NCBI GenBank assembly: GCA_977020255.1
Contig: CDROCS010000253.1
Coordinates: 3,782,001 to 3,846,000 of the forward strand
DNA: 64,000 nucleotides
Source: Obrimoposthia wandeli
Taxonomy: Eukaryota
Direction of reading: 5' to 3'
Below, in pieces: positions 20,199 through 30,338 of this stretch (the first letter of the stretch is position 1; every line of letters begins with the position of its first letter). A model generated the notes under the pieces. The model was not told the origin of the DNA, made no database searches, and saw only the letters and a program-made list of their open reading frames with translations. The position numbers were made by a program, and so were the translations under genes.

Positions 20199-21962
20199 TT
20201 AACGCCCTAGCACAACACCTTCTCGACGTGGATCCGCCCCGCCAACAAGTCCATCTTTAGTGACTTCAATTGCATGTAAACCACTATTCAAGGCTCGAAC
20301 GTTAACTTTATGTCCTCTTGCTTCAAGCGCTGGTTTTAGTTTAGCTATATCAGTATCTAGCTCTAAGGTAGTCACATAATTTCGGTTAGTCACCTTAGGC
20401 AAATTAATGGCTTGTTGCACATTAAGTTGCCAATCTAAAACACCTATAATTGTTTGCGCAACATAGTTGATAATACGACTACCACCGGGTGAGCCTAAAA
20501 TTAAGCGTAATGAATTATCTTGATTAAACACCATCATTGGCGCCATAGAGCTGCGTGGTCTTTTCAATGGTTCAACACGATTAGCTACCCATTTTCCATC
20601 ACGCTTTGGTGCCAATGAAAAGTCAGTTAATTGATTATTTAAGATAAAACCCTGCACCATTAATGCCGAGCCAAAACCATTTTCAATACTACTAGTCATT
20701 GATATGGCATTACCTTGCTTATCAACAACAACTATATGAGTGGTAGATGGTCTCTCAATGGCATTATCATTGGCAAGTACTACACTATTTTGTGGACTAC
20801 CTGCGCTGGCTTGTCCCATATCTCTTTTGTCATTGATTAAAGCAGCACGTTTAGCAATGTAATCTTCGGCCAATAACCCTTTAACGGGCACACTAACAAA
20901 ATCACTGTCGGCAATATATTTATTTCTATCAGCAAAGGCTAATCGTGAACTCTGTGTTAATAGATGTATTGCATGTAAAGAATTAGGTGGGTATTGAGCC
21001 AGTTCAAATGACTGTAATTGCGCTAAAATTTGAATAACACTGATACCACCCGAGCTTGGCGGCGCCATGCCACACACTTTAAATTGATGGTAAGGACCAC
21101 AAACAGAAGCGCGTTCTTTCGCTTGATATTTTTTCATATCATCAAGGCTTAACAGTCCAGGTGAAATAGCTGAGTTTTGCACCTTTTCAACAATTTTTTT
21201 CGCTATCCAACCTTGATAGAAAACGTCCACGCCCTCGTTAGCAATACTACGTAATGCTTTAGCGAGTTTAGGATTTTTTAAGGTATCACCTGCTTTTATG
21301 CCAATACCATTAGGTGAAAAATAATTTTTAATCTCGGGTAAAACATGAATACCTGGATTGAAATTCATACCCAGTAACTTTTCCAAACGCGGCGAGACAA
21401 TAAAGCCGTTTTCAGCTAACTCGATCGCAGGCTGAAATAACACTGCCCATGGTAATATACCAAAGTTTTCATGCGCTTTATTGAGTGCAGCAAGTAACCC
21501 CGGAACACCAACAGACTTACCTCCAACAACGGCATCAGCCCAATTTAAGGGTTTACCATTGTCATCTAAAAACAACTCACTTGTGGCATTTTGTGGCGCA
21601 GTTTCTCTGCCATCAAAAGTCGTTAGTTTTTGGTTTTTATTGTGCCAATGCAGCATAAAGGTACCACCACCAAGACCCGAGGATTGCGGTTCAACTAAGC
21701 TCAGTACCAGTTGAACTGCAATAGCAGCATCAACAGCACTACCGCCTTTATCAAGCATTGTTAATCCTGCTTTACTTGCATAAGGATTGGCAGCAACTAC
21801 CATATATTGCTTAGACAAAACGGCTTTCTTTTGATTAAAGCCAGTTGCGGCTTCGGGTTCACGGACTTCACGTTTAGCCAGCGCAGCCTGACTTATTAAA
21901 AGGTGGGTAACAATAAATGCGAGTGTAGAAAGTCGTAATAAAAATGAATGATGAATCATCAA
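20199..21962 (-). CDS. ggt: gamma-glutamyltransferase
   Basis: LVEPQSSGLGGG, DGRETAP, PPSSGG, STTHIVVVD (Thr nucleophile), KRPRSSMAP, GSPGGSRII, GGADPRREG. Confidence 0.95.
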   Translation of the reverse strand: MMIHHSFLLRLSTLAFIVTHLLISQAALAKREVREPEAATGFNQKKAVLSKQYMVVAANPYASKAGLTMLDKGGSAVDAAIAVQLVLSLVEPQSSGLGGGTFMLHWHNKNQKLTTFDGRETAPQNATSELFLDDNGKPLNWADAVVGGKSVGVPGLLAALNKAHENFGILPWAVLFQPAIELAENGFIVSPRLEKLLGMNFNPGIHVLPEIKNYFSPNGIGIKAGDTLKNPKLAKALRSIANEGVDVFYQGWIAKKIVEKVQNSAISPGLLSLDDMKKYQAKERASVCGPYHQFKVCGMAPPSSGGISVIQILAQLQSFELAQYPPNSLHAIHLLTQSSRLAFADRNKYIADSDFVSVPVKGLLAEDYIAKRAALINDKRDMGQASAGSPQNSVVLANDNAIERPSTTHIVVVDKQGNAISMTSSIENGFGSALMVQGFILNNQLTDFSLAPKRDGKWVANRVEPLKRPRSSMAPMMVFNQDNSLRLILGSPGGSRIINYVAQTIIGVLDWQLNVQQAINLPKVTNRNYVTTLELDTDIAKLKPALEARGHKVNVRALNSGLHAIEVTKDGLVGGADPRREGVVLGR

Positions 21963-22678
21963 GTTTCCTTAAGGGATTTTTTCGCGGGTATAAAAGATAA
22001 TTGGAATTGGTTAAATTGGTCAAATTTTTCAAGTAGTGGCTGATATTTTCCTGCACGTTCAGGCGTAACCTGCGCAGAATCATGATCCTGTTCTGCTAAG
22101 TCATTACCCTGCTCTAAGAGCGCCAAAGCATAACAGCTTGCCTCTAAACTAGATAAGGCATTTTTTTTTGCTACTTTTCGAATAAGGTATTTGCCCGCAT
22201 TCGCTAAATAATCAGGCAGGCATACTTGTAATAATTGTTGTAATTTTGTCGACAACATAAACATGCGGTAAGCTTTTTTCCAAGTACCATCAAGAATAAC
22301 TAAACAAAGGGGCTTGGCTTTAAGTTTAGCTTTGCCTTTAGTTTTGCTCTCTGGATTTTCATTGCTCTGCTCGCAATTCGATAATTGTCTTACTAAATGG
22401 TGATTAAGGGTTTTTGCTTGTTCACCGGGATACAGTAAAACGAGCTGATACTGCTCCATTAGTTGTAAGAAACAGGCTTCATCATCAACATTTTCACCGA
22501 CGATAACTTGGCAAGATTGCAATGATTTAGCTAATAAAGCAACGGTCCCTTTTGTTTGTGATACTTCACTAGGGTGCTGTAGTACAACAACATGAATATC
22601 ATTTGCTATCTCTGTAGTAAAAGTACAAATACAAGATTTTTGGGGCCGTTGACAACTCAGGCAAAGTGTTCGAGACAT
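21959..22678 (-). CDS. DTW-domain tRNA-uridine aminocarboxypropyltransferase (TapT/YfiP-like)
   Basis: N-terminal CxxC..CIC, LQHPSE, LLYPG, LDGTWKKA, LSSLEA; overlaps the ggt start by 4 bp. Confidence 0.9.
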   Translation of the reverse strand: MSRTLCLSCQRPQKSCICTFTTEIANDIHVVVLQHPSEVSQTKGTVALLAKSLQSCQVIVGENVDDEACFLQLMEQYQLVLLYPGEQAKTLNHHLVRQLSNCEQSNENPESKTKGKAKLKAKPLCLVILDGTWKKAYRMFMLSTKLQQLLQVCLPDYLANAGKYLIRKVAKKNALSSLEASCYALALLEQGNDLAEQDHDSAQVTPERAGKYQPLLEKFDQFNQFQLSFIPAKKSLKET

Positions 22679-22723
22679 AGAAGAGTAAAATAAAACGCAA
22701 TTAATAAAGCAGTCATTGTATAC

Positions 22724-22764
22724 TTAATTAGTGATTTATAAAGTCTTTATAAATCACTAATTAA
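22724..22764. repeat. perfect 20-bp inverted repeat with a 1-nt spacer
   Basis: TTAATTAGTGATTTATAAAG-T-CTTTATAAATCACTAATTAA. Confidence 0.9.
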
Positions 22765-22837
22765 TAAACACTCGATAAATCACTGATAACTTTTAACGAC
22801 TAACATTTAACTATACCTTGACTCATACCTAAATAAA

Positions 22838-23443
22838 ATGATATTGACACTTAAAGACCTTCCCCTGAAAAAACAACAGAGTATGCTCGTTGCTATCATC
22901 GCTTTGTTCGCTATCTTGGCTTATTTTTTCAATAATGCTGTGAGTGACCTTTTCGTCTATCAATATCAATTAATTAACCAAGGTGAATTATGGCGACTAT
23001 TCACTGGTCATTTTCTTCATACCAACGGTTTTCACCTGCTATTAAATTTAGCCGCATTAATCCTTCTGTGGGCATTGCATGGCAATTTTTATAGTATAAA
23101 AAATTACAGTTTACTCTTTATTACATCGGCTTTAATGTGCAGTGCAGGAATGTTTTATTTCTCCCCTGAGATTCGTCAGTATGTTGGGCTTTCAGGCGTT
23201 TTACACGGAATTTTCGTTTTTGGCGCCATCATGGACATTCTGCATAACGATAAAACTGGCTACTTATTATTTGTTGGCGTCTGGCTAAAAATAGCGCATG
23301 AACAATTTTACGGGGCAAGCGAGCAAGTATCGACATTGATTGATGCTAATGTCGCAATCGATGCCCATTTATGGGGAGCGGTAGGCGGATTACTCTTTAG
23401 CTGTTGTTATATGTTAATGGTTAAAAATAAAAAGGATAAGTAA
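22838..23443 (+). CDS. rhombosortase (rhomboid-family intramembrane protease)
   Basis: GELWRLFTGHFLHTNGFHLLLN, YVGLSGVLHG (catalytic Ser), AHLWGAVGG (catalytic His). Confidence 0.85.
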   Translation: MILTLKDLPLKKQQSMLVAIIALFAILAYFFNNAVSDLFVYQYQLINQGELWRLFTGHFLHTNGFHLLLNLAALILLWALHGNFYSIKNYSLLFITSALMCSAGMFYFSPEIRQYVGLSGVLHGIFVFGAIMDILHNDKTGYLLFVGVWLKIAHEQFYGASEQVSTLIDANVAIDAHLWGAVGGLLFSCCYMLMVKNKKDK

Positions 23444-23451
23444 TAAGCGCC

Positions 23452-23494
23452 AATAAAAAAGACCAAAGGTGTAAACCATTGGTCTTTTATTATT
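23452..23494. terminator. bidirectional intrinsic terminator between the rhombosortase gene and galE
   Basis: AAAAAAGACCAA...TTGGTCTTTT stem with A/T tracts on both sides, between convergent genes. Confidence 0.7.
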
Positions 23495-23529
23495 TTACAT
23501 TAGTCAGCACTTTACACCTTTATTAGTTT

Positions 23530-24552
23530 TTAAAAACCATTTGGGTTTTCAGATTGCCAACGCCAAGTATCTTCGATCATGGCAGTTAAATCGAGCTTAG
23601 CTTGCCAGTCTAACAATTCATTAGCTAAAGATGCATCAGCATACACAGTCGCTAAATCCCCTGCTCTACGCGGCACTATTTGATAAGGAATAGCTTGTTT
23701 ACTAATGTCTTTAAAGGTATTCACTATCTCTAAAACAGAAGTACCGTTACCTGTACCTAAGTTAATCGCCTGGCAGCCTTTAACCGTACCTTTAGCATGG
23801 GCTAGACTTTCCAACGCTTTTACATGACCTTGTGCTAAATCAACCACATGAATATAGTCGCGTACACCGGTGCCATCTTGCGTATCATAATCATCGCCAA
23901 ACACTTGTAACTGCGCTAAACGCCCTACTGCAACCTGCGCCACGTAAGGCAATAAATTATTAGGAATGCCGTTAGGGTTTTCACCAATCAAACCTGATTG
24001 ATGTGCTCCAATCGGATTAAAGTAGCGTAAACAAGCAATTGACCAAGACGCATCACTTTTGGCTAAATCAAATAGAACATGCTCAACCATCAACTTAGTT
24101 TGCCCATAAGGATTAGTCGCTGAAGTAGCCATGGTTTCGTTTAATGGTGAAACGTTATTACCATAAACGGTAGCAGAAGAACTAAAAACTAAATTCTTTA
24201 CCTGATGCCTAGCCATAACCTCTAATAAAGTTATCGTACCAGAAACATTGTTTTGATAATAAGCTAAAGGTATTTCACTTGACTCACCTACGGCTTTTAA
24301 TCCAGCAAAATGAATTACCGCGTCTATCTTATGCTGATTAAATACCTGCTCTAAGGCATCAGTATCACAAATATCTGCTTTGATAAACGTGACGGTTTTA
24401 TTAGTGATTCTCTCAATGCGTTCAAGTACTTTAGTTGACGAGTTCGATAAATTATCAACAATAACAATTTCTTGCTCATTGGTACTTTGTAATAATTCAA
24501 CAACTGTATGACTACCAATATAGCCGGTACCGCCTGTGATCAATAAACTCAT
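23530..24552 (-). CDS. galE: UDP-glucose 4-epimerase
   Basis: TGGTGYIGSH, HFAGLKAVGES, FSSSATVYG, NPYGQTK, LRYFNP, GVRDYIHV. Confidence 0.97.
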   Translation of the reverse strand: MSLLITGGTGYIGSHTVVELLQSTNEQEIVIVDNLSNSSTKVLERIERITNKTVTFIKADICDTDALEQVFNQHKIDAVIHFAGLKAVGESSEIPLAYYQNNVSGTITLLEVMARHQVKNLVFSSSATVYGNNVSPLNETMATSATNPYGQTKLMVEHVLFDLAKSDASWSIACLRYFNPIGAHQSGLIGENPNGIPNNLLPYVAQVAVGRLAQLQVFGDDYDTQDGTGVRDYIHVVDLAQGHVKALESLAHAKGTVKGCQAINLGTGNGTSVLEIVNTFKDISKQAIPYQIVPRRAGDLATVYADASLANELLDWQAKLDLTAMIEDTWRWQSENPNGF

Positions 24553-24773
24553 TATCTATCCTTTTATGGGTTTAACAAATAAATGAAAACATTAATAACA
24601 GTGCTAACCATCATAAATATTTTTATTCTAATGCAACTATTTTACAGTTGATTTTCAGTTTTCGGAAGTAAATATATCCGTACTTCTGTTCTTTTTTGTA
24701 CTTGACACTGCCAACGTTGTCTTTTGATATTTTTGTTCTAGACTTAAATAAAATAGACCATAAGGATTTGATC

Positions 24774-26807
24774 ATGTTTGAATTTTGGCGTTTTCAACCC
24801 ATTAGCCATAGCAGCCATCAGTTATTACCTTCTGAATATAGCCCTTTATTAGTTTCTCTATCAATTATTGTTGCCATACTTGCTTCTTACTCTACTTTAG
24901 TTATTCTCGACCGTGTTAAAGCTTCTGACAATCAAAAAATTATTAACTTGTGGCTATTGTTTGGCTGCTTTGTCATGGGTATGGGTGTTTGGGCAATGCA
25001 TTATACCGGAATGTTGGCTTTTATTATGCCCGTTCCTATGTTCTTTAGTCCATTGACCACTGCTTTTTCTGTATTACCTATATTTATTGGCTCTTACTAT
25101 ACTTTACGCAAGATAGCCCAAAGTAAATTTGATGTTGTTAATATCCAATTATCTGCATTATCCCTCGCTTTAGCTATTGGATCTATGCACTTTATTGGTA
25201 TGGAAGCAATGCAATCTGACGCAATTATGGTATACAATGTTAAGTTATTTTTTATTTCTATCCTTGTGGCACATGTCCTAGCAACAATCACGCTATACCT
25301 TATAGTATTACATACTAAAATAGCTCGTCACCCCTTAATTCTTCGTATTTGTTGCGCTGTAGCCATGGGTGGAACAGTATCTGGTATGCATTATACCGCA
25401 ATGATATCGGTTTCTCTTTATCTACCAGACAATGTACAAATAGCCATAGGAGCTACTTCGCATGACTCCTTAGTCATTCCTATCGCCATTGCTGGGATCA
25501 TTTCCCTATTAGTTGTCACTACAATATTGTGCGCCTTTATTGACAAGCGATTACAAGCCGCTGAACTTTCGGCAAAAGAAACTGCTATTCGAGAAAATGA
25601 CATTGTAGAACATTTACCTGATGGTCTACTGATTATTGATTTAAATGGGAGAATTGTCTCTGTAAATACTGCCGCTGAGAATATGTTCAACTTATCCGGT
25701 AGTGCAATGAAAGAGCTTATGATAGAAGATATCATCCCTTCAATAACATATTCTCAACTGGTTGATGATGTTGCTTTGTTCGATAATTTATTTTCAGGCC
25801 AAATCATTCTTATAGAAGGTATAAAGAAAAACGGTGATACTTTTCCTATTGAAGCTCACTTTTCAAAAATGACCTTAGTAATCGACTTTAAAATTATGTT
25901 TAGCTGTGTAATGCGTGATATCACGGAACGAGTACAGCTTGAAAAACAGTTAAGCCAAACTAACAAGTTAGAGTCAATAGGACAACTTGCAGCAGGTATT
26001 GCCCATGAAATTAATACACCAACCCAGTACGTTACTGATAATACAACCTTTTTAAAAAGTTCTTTCGCAAGCTGTATTGATGTTATTCGACTTTGCCAAG
26101 ATATCTGTAACAAATCAGCAGAAAACATTACAACAGAAGATTTAAATACTGTTAATTCCCTTATATCTGATACTGATATTGAATTTATTTTAGAAGAAGC
26201 CCCAATAGCTATCACACAATCATTAGAGGGATTACATAGAATTACCACGATAGTACAAGCGATGAAATCATTCTCACATCCAAGTAAAGGAGAAATGCAA
26301 CTGACAACTATCTCTGAAGCGATTGAAACAACAATTACAGTGGCGCGAAATGAGTGGCGGTATATCGCAAAGTTAGTAACACAATATGATGATGATATTC
26401 CTCAAATCATGTGCATTAGAGATGAGCTTAATCAAGTTTTTCTTAATCTTATTGTCAATGCAGCACATGCCATTGAAGAGAAAGCAAATATACAAAGTGG
26501 TGAAATAAAAATTTTGGTTTCTAAGCAAAAAGAAAATATCATTATTAAGTTGATAGATAATGGTGCCGGTATGTCTCCAGAGGTAATGGAACGTATATTT
26601 GACCCGTTTTATACGACTAAAGGGGTCGGTAAAGGTACGGGTCAAGGGCTTAGTTTAGCTTACTCTGTTATTGTAGAGCGACATAAAGGTCAGATTGAAG
26701 CACATTCTGAATTAGGTGAAGGAACTACTTTTATTATTTCTTTACCTATTGATAATAAATCAAGTCAGGAAAAACTGTCAATGCAATTAGAAAAGGACTT
26801 TATATGA
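24774..26807 (+). CDS. MHYT-PAS sensor histidine kinase
   Basis: MHYTG, MHFIG and MHYTA motifs in transmembrane helices; a PAS domain; H-box GIAHEINTP; NLIVNAAHA, DNGAG, FDPFYTTK, GTGQGLS. ATG at 24774 follows a TAAGGA RBS. Confidence 0.92.
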   Translation: MFEFWRFQPISHSSHQLLPSEYSPLLVSLSIIVAILASYSTLVILDRVKASDNQKIINLWLLFGCFVMGMGVWAMHYTGMLAFIMPVPMFFSPLTTAFSVLPIFIGSYYTLRKIAQSKFDVVNIQLSALSLALAIGSMHFIGMEAMQSDAIMVYNVKLFFISILVAHVLATITLYLIVLHTKIARHPLILRICCAVAMGGTVSGMHYTAMISVSLYLPDNVQIAIGATSHDSLVIPIAIAGIISLLVVTTILCAFIDKRLQAAELSAKETAIRENDIVEHLPDGLLIIDLNGRIVSVNTAAENMFNLSGSAMKELMIEDIIPSITYSQLVDDVALFDNLFSGQIILIEGIKKNGDTFPIEAHFSKMTLVIDFKIMFSCVMRDITERVQLEKQLSQTNKLESIGQLAAGIAHEINTPTQYVTDNTTFLKSSFASCIDVIRLCQDICNKSAENITTEDLNTVNSLISDTDIEFILEEAPIAITQSLEGLHRITTIVQAMKSFSHPSKGEMQLTTISEAIETTITVARNEWRYIAKLVTQYDDDIPQIMCIRDELNQVFLNLIVNAAHAIEEKANIQSGEIKILVSKQKENIIIKLIDNGAGMSPEVMERIFDPFYTTKGVGKGTGQGLSLAYSVIVERHKGQIEAHSELGEGTTFIISLPIDNKSSQEKLSMQLEKDFI

Positions 26808-27931
26808 AAGTCATGTTTGTTGACGATGAACTTATGATTCTTCATGGTTTGAAGCGGGCCTTTTTTAGAAGTAAATGGGAGTTACTCTTTGCTGATAGCG
26901 CTAATAAGGCGCTACAAATATTAGAGCAAGAACCAGTAGACTTTATTATTTCAGATATGCGTATGCCAGGTATGAACGGCGCCGACCTTTTAGAAATAGT
27001 ATCTGCATTATACCCACAAATTGTTAGAATTATTCTGTCAGGACATTCTGATGAAGAAGCAGCAAAAAAAGCAAGTTTTGTGGCGCATCAGTGGTTTAAT
27101 AAGCCTTGTCAACCTAAGTTGTTACAAGACGTTTTAAACCATATTTACCTGATACGAAACTCGTTACCCAACGTAACGGTACAAGAGATGGTAGGTAAAA
27201 TAAAAACACTGCCTTCACCGCCAAAAATATATATGAGATTAAGTGCTTCATTAAATGATAAGTCTCTTGATATGCAAAAAATTTCTGAAATTATTGCTGA
27301 TGATCCAGCGTTAGTAGCTAAAATTTTACAGTTGACAAACACTTCTTTTTTCTCAAATGGTAAGCAAGTTAAAAGCCTTGCCGAAGCAATAACACGCCTA
27401 GGTATTGATTTGGTTTGTAGTATTGTTATTGCTGCAGAAACTTATGATAAAACTAATGAAATTCTCGGTTATTCTATTGCTGATGAACAGAAACATTGTT
27501 TATCAACTGCCCGCTTAGCCGCCTCTATGGTTGAGCCATCGATTAGACAAGAAACAATTTTGGTTGGCTTATTACATAATATCGGTAAATTTATTCTGTG
27601 TGAGCTATCACCAGATACCATGGCAAGCTATATTAAACAGCGAGTTATAGGTGGTGATAATATAGCGCTAGAGCAAAGGCTATTTAATGCTGACCATACG
27701 CAGCTCGCGGGATATTTATTACACTTATGGAATTTTTCATATAATCTAATTGAAAATATTGTTCTTCACCATCAGCCACTAAAACTCATGGAGGGAAATT
27801 TTGGTTCTGGGGCGGCGGTTTATGTCGCAAGTAGATTATTGCGACAACAAGAAATTGATGAAACTTTCATTGAGCATTTTAAGATTACCGATAAAATAGA
27901 GCTGTGGAAGGATAAAGCAATGGAGCATTAA
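26804..27931 (+). CDS. response regulator, REC + HDOD
   Basis: FVDDE, ISDMRMP, ILSG, NKP receiver motifs; LPSPP, DPALVAKIL, GLLHNIGK, DHTQLAGYLLHLW HDOD motifs. Overlaps the kinase stop. Confidence 0.9.
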   Translation: MKVMFVDDELMILHGLKRAFFRSKWELLFADSANKALQILEQEPVDFIISDMRMPGMNGADLLEIVSALYPQIVRIILSGHSDEEAAKKASFVAHQWFNKPCQPKLLQDVLNHIYLIRNSLPNVTVQEMVGKIKTLPSPPKIYMRLSASLNDKSLDMQKISEIIADDPALVAKILQLTNTSFFSNGKQVKSLAEAITRLGIDLVCSIVIAAETYDKTNEILGYSIADEQKHCLSTARLAASMVEPSIRQETILVGLLHNIGKFILCELSPDTMASYIKQRVIGGDNIALEQRLFNADHTQLAGYLLHLWNFSYNLIENIVLHHQPLKLMEGNFGSGAAVYVASRLLRQQEIDETFIEHFKITDKIELWKDKAMEH

Positions 27932-27973
27932 TCTAGTTAAGTTTGACGTTGACTTGATAGCTATAACCGAGAC

Positions 27974-29119
27974 TCAATCATTTTTTATTTCTTGGCATAT
28001 GGTAACCGTTAAATTACCTTTTAATGCACCGTTTTCAATGCAATGAGAAATAATTCTTCGTAACGGTTCAGATATCTCTTGTCCTTTAGAAGCAACTAAT
28101 AAACCAGCGCCTGTACAAATATCTTCTTGGATGATCATATTTTCTGTAAGCTCAGTTAAACTTATCAACTGTTGAGATGTTTCAGAATTCGAGCCGATGG
28201 ACGCTTTAAAAGCAGTTAATATCTTAGGATCATAAAATTGACTTTGCTCGCTCAGTTGCATGCTGGCTTGATTTATCGTTGAACCCTCATTTTTAAAGCG
28301 TAAAAAATCGAGTACTACTTTTAACATTCTAGCGCCGTAGGGGATATCTTCACCTTTGACATCATCATGGGGAAATCCTTCGCCATTAAAGCCTTTATCT
28401 TGATATAATATTGCATGAGCAATCTTATTCATTCGTGGTATTTTACTAATGAGATCAGCAGCTAAACAGGGATGATGTTCGATCATATTACGTTGTTCTA
28501 ATGAAAGTCCTTCGCTGCTTTTACTTAAACCCGATTCTGGGAACATAACACAGCCCAACTGAGATAGCTGTATCATGGGCTCAAAGCTCCAGCTAAGAGG
28601 CATATTCAATGACTCAGCTAAATCCAACATATATTTTTTTACTTGAACCGTATGGGCAAATATTTTAGGGTTAACTATCGTTAACATTTCTGTTAGCACA
28701 TTAATCATGCCTTTTAATGTCTTATTAAGTAATACTTTTTCAGCAATGATTAAATTATATTGCTCTATACCTGCTTCGATCAACGTACATAGGTCTTGAT
28801 GGTCACATGGTTTATTAATAAAACGAAATATATCTCCAATATTGAGAGCATCAATTGCCGTTTTCTGATCAGCATTCCCTGTTAACATCATTCGAACTGT
28901 ATTGGGAGATCTGAGTTTAATTAGCTTTAATAATTCTATACCATCCATTAAGGGCATTTGCATATCAGTAATGATTACTGCGTACTTCTTTTTAGCCATT
29001 AGCGTTAGGGCATCAGCTCCACTTTGAGCGACATCAAATTTGAATTTATTTCTTAAGTTTCTTCGATAAGAATTTAAAATATTAACTTCGTCATCAACAA
29101 GTAAAATCCGATTATTCAT
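27974..29119 (-). CDS. response regulator, REC + degenerate HD-GYP domain
   Basis: LLVDDE, ITDMQMP, MLTG, INKP; C-terminal YQDKGFNGEGFP...GEDIPYGARMLKV. Start set at 29119 (MNNRILL). Confidence 0.85.
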   Translation of the reverse strand: MNNRILLVDDEVNILNSYRRNLRNKFKFDVAQSGADALTLMAKKKYAVIITDMQMPLMDGIELLKLIKLRSPNTVRMMLTGNADQKTAIDALNIGDIFRFINKPCDHQDLCTLIEAGIEQYNLIIAEKVLLNKTLKGMINVLTEMLTIVNPKIFAHTVQVKKYMLDLAESLNMPLSWSFEPMIQLSQLGCVMFPESGLSKSSEGLSLEQRNMIEHHPCLAADLISKIPRMNKIAHAILYQDKGFNGEGFPHDDVKGEDIPYGARMLKVVLDFLRFKNEGSTINQASMQLSEQSQFYDPKILTAFKASIGSNSETSQQLISLTELTENMIIQEDICTGAGLLVASKGQEISEPLRRIISHCIENGALKGNLTVTICQEIKND

Positions 29120-29302
29120 ATTTTGTAGAGCCTTAAAAATAGCAGTATAAATCGGAGGGAAACCATTGAAACTCCTTTTCAACTAGGCGTAGGTTTGCTA
29201 TTAAATAACTGAGTTTGTTTAAATTTATGCACTAAATTAAGTCTATGCATTAAGTTAACATTGTGCCAATTTTATCGACGGATATTCAGCGAATGAAATG
29301 AC

Positions 29303-30304
29303 TTATAGATAATACTTTGCCACAGTATCAATAAATTCACTCAGTAGCTCACTTGGCAATGCATTAACACCTGCCGCTGCTGCCCTGCCACCACCTGTTG
29401 GAAATTGAGAGCAAATATCGCCCGCACCTTGTTTGTTATTCAAGGGCGCGCGTAAACTGACAGTATAACTGGGTGTATTACTGGCTGAATCACTGTCCTG
29501 CCCTTCGTTTGGCTTATTTTCATTATTTAAAGTCAGTACAATATGAGCTCTATCCGGTGCTTGGTTGGCTAAGTTATTACCAAATACGCCACTAACTCGC
29601 CTTGCCCATGCTTCATCAGCTAGTTGTACCACTTTTACGCTAGTTTGTTCACTGATTATTCTAGCTGATTGTGCTTTAGCCATATCGGCTAAATAAGCAG
29701 TTTTCAGCTGACTAAAAATAGAGTTTACTTGATTAATTAACACAAAAGGGTCGGGATATTCAATCAATGCTTGGTATAGTGCTGCAGGATGAAAATGTAA
29801 ATCACTTAACTCCTGTCCATAGCCATTATAATTGATATAAGTCCCTAACTCATTAAGCTGCTCTTGCAGGAGTTCAGATAAGCCTACCTTCTTCGCTAAA
29901 GCACTTGCACTCACATGCATATTATCGCCAAAAGCGGCGGCAATTGCCCAATGGCTGTATTGGCCATGCAAAAAGTCATTTATTAACAAACTAGTGCAAG
30001 TATTCGCATCAGTATTAAGTAATGTAGTTAACTTGTTCGATTTTGGAATATCACCTGTTCTGTGGTGATCAACATAAAATACTTCAATTTGGCTATCGAG
30101 TAGCGCTTGTAACACCTGATTATTCTTTTCCAAAGAAATGTCTAACACTGTCACTGAAGTCGCTTTGGTGACATTTACTTGTTTAAGCAGGCTAATATCA
30201 CGTTTAACGCCCGTAATTAGCACTGACTCTTTAGGAGCGGCTAAGCGTAACTGCAGTAAAGCAATAATGCCATCGGCATCGCCATTAAATACATCATAAT
30301 GCAT
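29303..30304 (-). CDS. DHH/DHHA1 family phosphoesterase
   Basis: NGDADG, VLDIS, YVDHH, AFGDN, and the DHHA1 motif SLRAP...GGGRAAAAG. Confidence 0.85.
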   Translation of the reverse strand: MHYDVFNGDADGIIALLQLRLAAPKESVLITGVKRDISLLKQVNVTKATSVTVLDISLEKNNQVLQALLDSQIEVFYVDHHRTGDIPKSNKLTTLLNTDANTCTSLLINDFLHGQYSHWAIAAAFGDNMHVSASALAKKVGLSELLQEQLNELGTYINYNGYGQELSDLHFHPAALYQALIEYPDPFVLINQVNSIFSQLKTAYLADMAKAQSARIISEQTSVKVVQLADEAWARRVSGVFGNNLANQAPDRAHIVLTLNNENKPNEGQDSDSASNTPSYTVSLRAPLNNKQGAGDICSQFPTGGGRAAAAGVNALPSELLSEFIDTVAKYYL

Positions 30305-30338
30305 GGTAAAATATCCTTGACTAATATTTAACTGGTTC

